From: Amphiscolops sp. MND2022
Taxonomy: Eukaryota
Reading direction: 5' to 3'
Assembly (NCBI GenBank): GCA_964187785.1
Contig: OZ076409.1
Span: 26,848,001-26,912,000, forward strand
Length of the DNA: 64,000 nucleotides
This document shows, piece after piece, positions 60,365-64,000 of this stretch; the stretch's first letter is position 1; every line of letters starts with the position of its first letter. Under the pieces are notes generated by a model, which did no database searches, had not been told where the DNA came from, and saw nothing but the letters and a program-made list of their open reading frames with translations. Made by a program: the position numbers and the translations under genes.

Positions 60365-63300
60365 TTCATCCGACGAAAACGAACACAAATTGAATGACAT
60401 GAAAGGAAACGCGGAGGTTTCTGACGTTATATTGCCTGATCCTCCCGAGGTTTAAATCAAAAATTTTGTCTAGTAATCTTTTTGTCTAATAATGTTTTGA
60501 CGATCGCACTGTTTTCAGATGCAGAGTCAAACAAGTGAAAAGGAAGAGAACTTACCCGTTGGATTGGCTGAGAATCCTGGTGCGAAAGATAGTAAAAATA
60601 ACAATTCCAGCTCATCGGGATCTTCTGGTGAAAGTAGTAGTGGTTCAGATGGTGAGTCCGTTTCATCATCAGACAGTGAATCTGGATCCGAGTCTTCTGA
60701 TAGTGCAACAAAATCAAAACATACCAATAAAAGTCACACACACAGGAAGAGAAGAAGTAGAGAAAGAAGGCACGGCAATAATGATAAAACATCCACCCGT
60801 GTGAGTTTTTTGTTCTATGACAACTTTTGGGGTGTTATATTCGCTACTACAAGCCCTTACAGTGCCACTGACGGTCCCATAAAAAATATTGAAAAAATGT
60901 AAAAATTGAGCACGTCAAGAGAATAGTTATGACCGCCTCCCCTCTTCCTCTATTGCTTATATCGCAGATTAGGTGCCATATTAGATTGGCGGTTCCTTAG
61001 CATTAGCTCTTTTTGTAGATTTTGTTAATTCTGTTTGGAACAACTGAATTTGATGACCTGTAGGATTCTGGGGGAAGACACGGCAGCAATAGACATCACA
61101 AACACAAAAGGAAACACGGCAAAAGTTCGAGACATGGCAAACACCACAGAAGCCGAAGACATGGCTCTAAATCAAAGAGTCGCAGAAACAGTAATCACAG
61201 TAAAGAAAAGAAGAAAAGCGGCGAGCACCATCGGAGGAAACGAAAACACAGTGAGAAACAACGCAGTACCAACAAGGACGGTAAATCTAGGTATGACATT
61301 TCGAGCGTTTTCCATGCTAAGGTAATGATTAAAGCATCAAATGTTTCGGGGTTTCAGACCAGATGACAGGCGCGACAGAGAAAGAAGAGAATCAATGAAA
61401 CAAGAAGATCTCATACTAACGTAAGTTTTTTTACTTGTTCTTCTTAAAAAGCGTCCTAGACAATGATATTTTTTCTAATTGTCAATCTTGTCGAAGTATT
61501 GTTGTGTTGATTGTCTTTCGATTGCTTCCGCATGTCTTAGCCATCTTAATTCGGCAGTTTGGTTTTGAATCAGTTATCCTTCTAGTCGAAAATAGTTCAC
61601 TTAGGTATGAAGGAAAATGACGTTTTCCCTGCTGTCGATATCAGGTGAAATCAAGTTACAAATCAATTCTAGATAATTTGGTTTCAAATCCTAAATTATT
61701 ATACTCTACAGTGAAAATGACATGCAGAATAGTTTGCTTATACTGAAGTCAATTCTTGGTAAGATCTTGGTTTGATCCCTTTCTTAGCTGGCTCTCTTCT
61801 GTCTTCTTCAACGCCAAACGTTGGAAATTTTTTGTGCAGAGACCCCCAGAGGGCCTTGGCAGAGAGACTGGCCAAAGTAAAGCGAGAGAGCGAGACTGGA
61901 AGCAAAGACTTATCAACTAACTCGGCTGCAGAAATTGCAGAGAGCTTTCTCAACGCTACTGCCAACGCACCCACTCCTAGCTTCAATGATCACCCAGGCA
62001 GCAGCAGACCTACACACCAAACTGTGTTGTACATTTGATTAATAAGTAATTTTTAAATTCTTAAAATATGGAAAATCCAAATTATTGATTGTACGTTTGT
62101 CTTTTGTTAGTCTATTTCAAGATATTTTGTTTGTTGGTTATTACAGGTAGCGATAAAACATAATTTCCGAAAATAAAAATGACTGGCAGTGGAATGTGTT
62201 AATCGAACTGTTTGAATGAAAATTGAGAGAATTGTGTTAAAATTCTGTGATAATTTCCTGAGATTTCATCATTATCAATGGAAATTCCCATAAAAGTTGT
62301 TCAAAAGCCTTAGCAAACCTGCAAGTACTCAGCCTATCTTTGAAGATTGATGATCCAACCTTACGCTTAACTGGTTTCTTGTATTCATGTGAAAAATGTA
62401 CATCATTGCTTGTGAAGAGCAAAAAATCACGTCAGTCTCCCGAAGAACATACATCTCACAGAAGAGCTTCCCCCTCGAACAGACACAGACGCAGTAGTCC
62501 TTCTTCACGGGGTGCAGACGACTCTAGTAGCAGGAGGAGCAAGAAGCACGAGAGGAGACCGAAGGAGGGCGGCGGCAGGCACAGGAGACATGACTCACAG
62601 TCGGGTGGCAAGCACAGAAAGAGGCGCCAGTCCAGTGCACGTGACTCTTCTTCCGATTACTCAAGTGAAGGTCAGTTAAACAACCTCTTCTTACAGCAAG
62701 AATCAGTGGTAAAATAGTCCACCTGTTGCGTCACCGCCATAATTCTCATTTCGTTTTTTACATGAAAGATTTGCTAGAAGTGGAACCATCGTGTGCGAAT
62801 TTCAGACCCAATTTGTGAACTTTTGTAAGCAAAAAAGCCGTTAGTAGGATATTGTGTTCTACTGTGTTAACACGGTTATACTGTCACCGTTATAACGTCA
62901 AGGCGCTGATAATGTTACTGAGGATTTTGTATTGGAAACATTCTTGTCACCTCAATTTCACCACGTAGCCAGTTTCACACCCAGTTAAAAACAAATTCAG
63001 CGACCTCTACTTTCATTGCTGAAGAGTTAGTTTTGTACTTCTGGGGTTTTGAAAAATGTTGCATTTCAGATCAAAGTGGTAGATTCAGACCGAAGAGGGA
63101 TTACAAAAGCAGCGGCAAACCCAGTGGTTCATTTTCAGCCCAGAGGCAAATGCAGAAAACTGAAATGTTGAAAGAAAAGGTTTGCTCGATAATACACAGC
63201 TCGAGTTGTGTTATCCTTCTTGTTTCTTTGTTGTACATTCTATTGTCATTGACTTTCTAGTCTCAAAAATATCCACCTGGTCCGGATGACAATTCTGTAA

Positions 63301-63657
63301 TGTATTAACAAGAAAATGTATTCAATATTGGATGCCTATCGTATTTAATAACCGGTTTTTCTCAAGTTATCATCAACCCTGAAAAATTAATTTATTATAC
63401 TGCACGAGAGCTTGGGTAACTTACTATGATTTTGGATTTGTGTACTGGAAATCATTGTTACAGAAATGAATGGCATTTCAGGTGAAGAGGGAGACAGGCA
63501 TAGAAGTTCCTGACTACTACAAGGCAACTGCAGTGAACCCGGAGCAGTTTGCGGAGCAGGAGAAGAAGAGGAAGTTGTTGTGGAGCAAGAAAGACTCTTC
63601 TAAGCCTTCCGTCTGGGATGGCCTCTCTTTTTCCACGGACGGTAGCAACGAGAAGTT
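60365..63657 (+). CDS. RSRC2: Spliced host gene resembling arginine/serine-rich coiled-coil protein 2, truncated in its last visible exon
   Basis: Phase-consistent GT-AG exons at about 60365-60449, 60519-60800, 61064-61290, 61358-61420, 61840-~61997, ~62418-62670, 63070-63179 and 63482-63657; the junction between the fifth and sixth exons is uncertain. R/S/H-rich N-terminal part; 'DPQRALAERLAK' and 'ETGIEVPDYYKATAVNPEQFAEQEKKRKLLW...VWDGLSF...NEK' match my recollection of the RSRC2 C-terminal region. Confidence 0.8.
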
Positions 63658-64000
63658 GTATTTCTTTAGAGATAAGCTGCTTCGACAACGCAATTAACGT
63701 ACCTCCGTGACTTGTTTTATCGCCCGATTTGGATGGTCGGTCGCCTCTGAATACATTGAACTGGTTTAAGAATAACGAATTGTTTGAGATTGCTGAGGTA
63801 AGCCATGTTTCTGATAAACAAACGATATCAATGTCCTGCAGCGCTAATGAGTTGGCTAATGTCTGTCTTCGTGTAATATCTAGAATGCTCCGGACATTAT
63901 AAATTAGCACGTGGATTATTCGTTTACTACGTTGATCGCCGAGATACCTCGGTGAGATACCCGAATGTAGTCAATTGTCCGTTTGATTCACGTTTTCAGA
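63652..64000 (-). repeat. Near-identical copy of 57201-57549 (LINE APE/ORF1 region); runs off the right edge
   Basis: Offset 6451 bp; 2 substitutions seen in 349 bp; starts at a GAAGTT shared with the host exon. Confidence 0.93.

Noticed and set aside
63458..63910. 150-aa minus-strand ORF as a real gene
   Set aside because: Chimera of the LINE endonuclease N-terminus and the antisense of the RSRC2-like exon, produced by the junction at 63652.

Overview
AT-rich eukaryotic (animal-like, intron-containing) genomic window that is mostly a nest of transposable elements. No prokaryotic features, rRNA or CRISPR arrays were seen. From left to right: (1) a decayed BEL/Pao LTR retrotransposon (1-~4620, minus); (2) dispersed non-autonomous repeats/MITEs and a possible host exon; (3) a full-length Ty1/copia element (16296-25690, minus; 530/531-bp LTRs, CTATT TSD) whose PR-IN-partial RT segment is tandemly triplicated with an exact 2021-bp period; (4) a second decayed copia; (5) two plus-strand CR1/L2-type LINEs, the second split by a giant 17.8-kb Ty3/gypsy-type element (34085-51890; 401-bp LTRs, ACAC TSD) carrying an extended Gag, Pol, a chuvirus-glycoprotein-like envelope and several unassigned accessory ORFs; (6) an internally deleted hAT transposon (52660-59630, TTCCTATA TSD) containing a third LINE and two reciprocally nested Mutator-like MITE families; (7) a spliced RSRC2-like host gene whose last visible exon is fused by microhomology to a copy of sequence 6451 bp upstream, probably the junction of a tandem segmental duplication. 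The best candidate for an undescribed system is the enveloped giant gypsy element. All family assignments come from motif recognition by eye and were not confirmed by database search.
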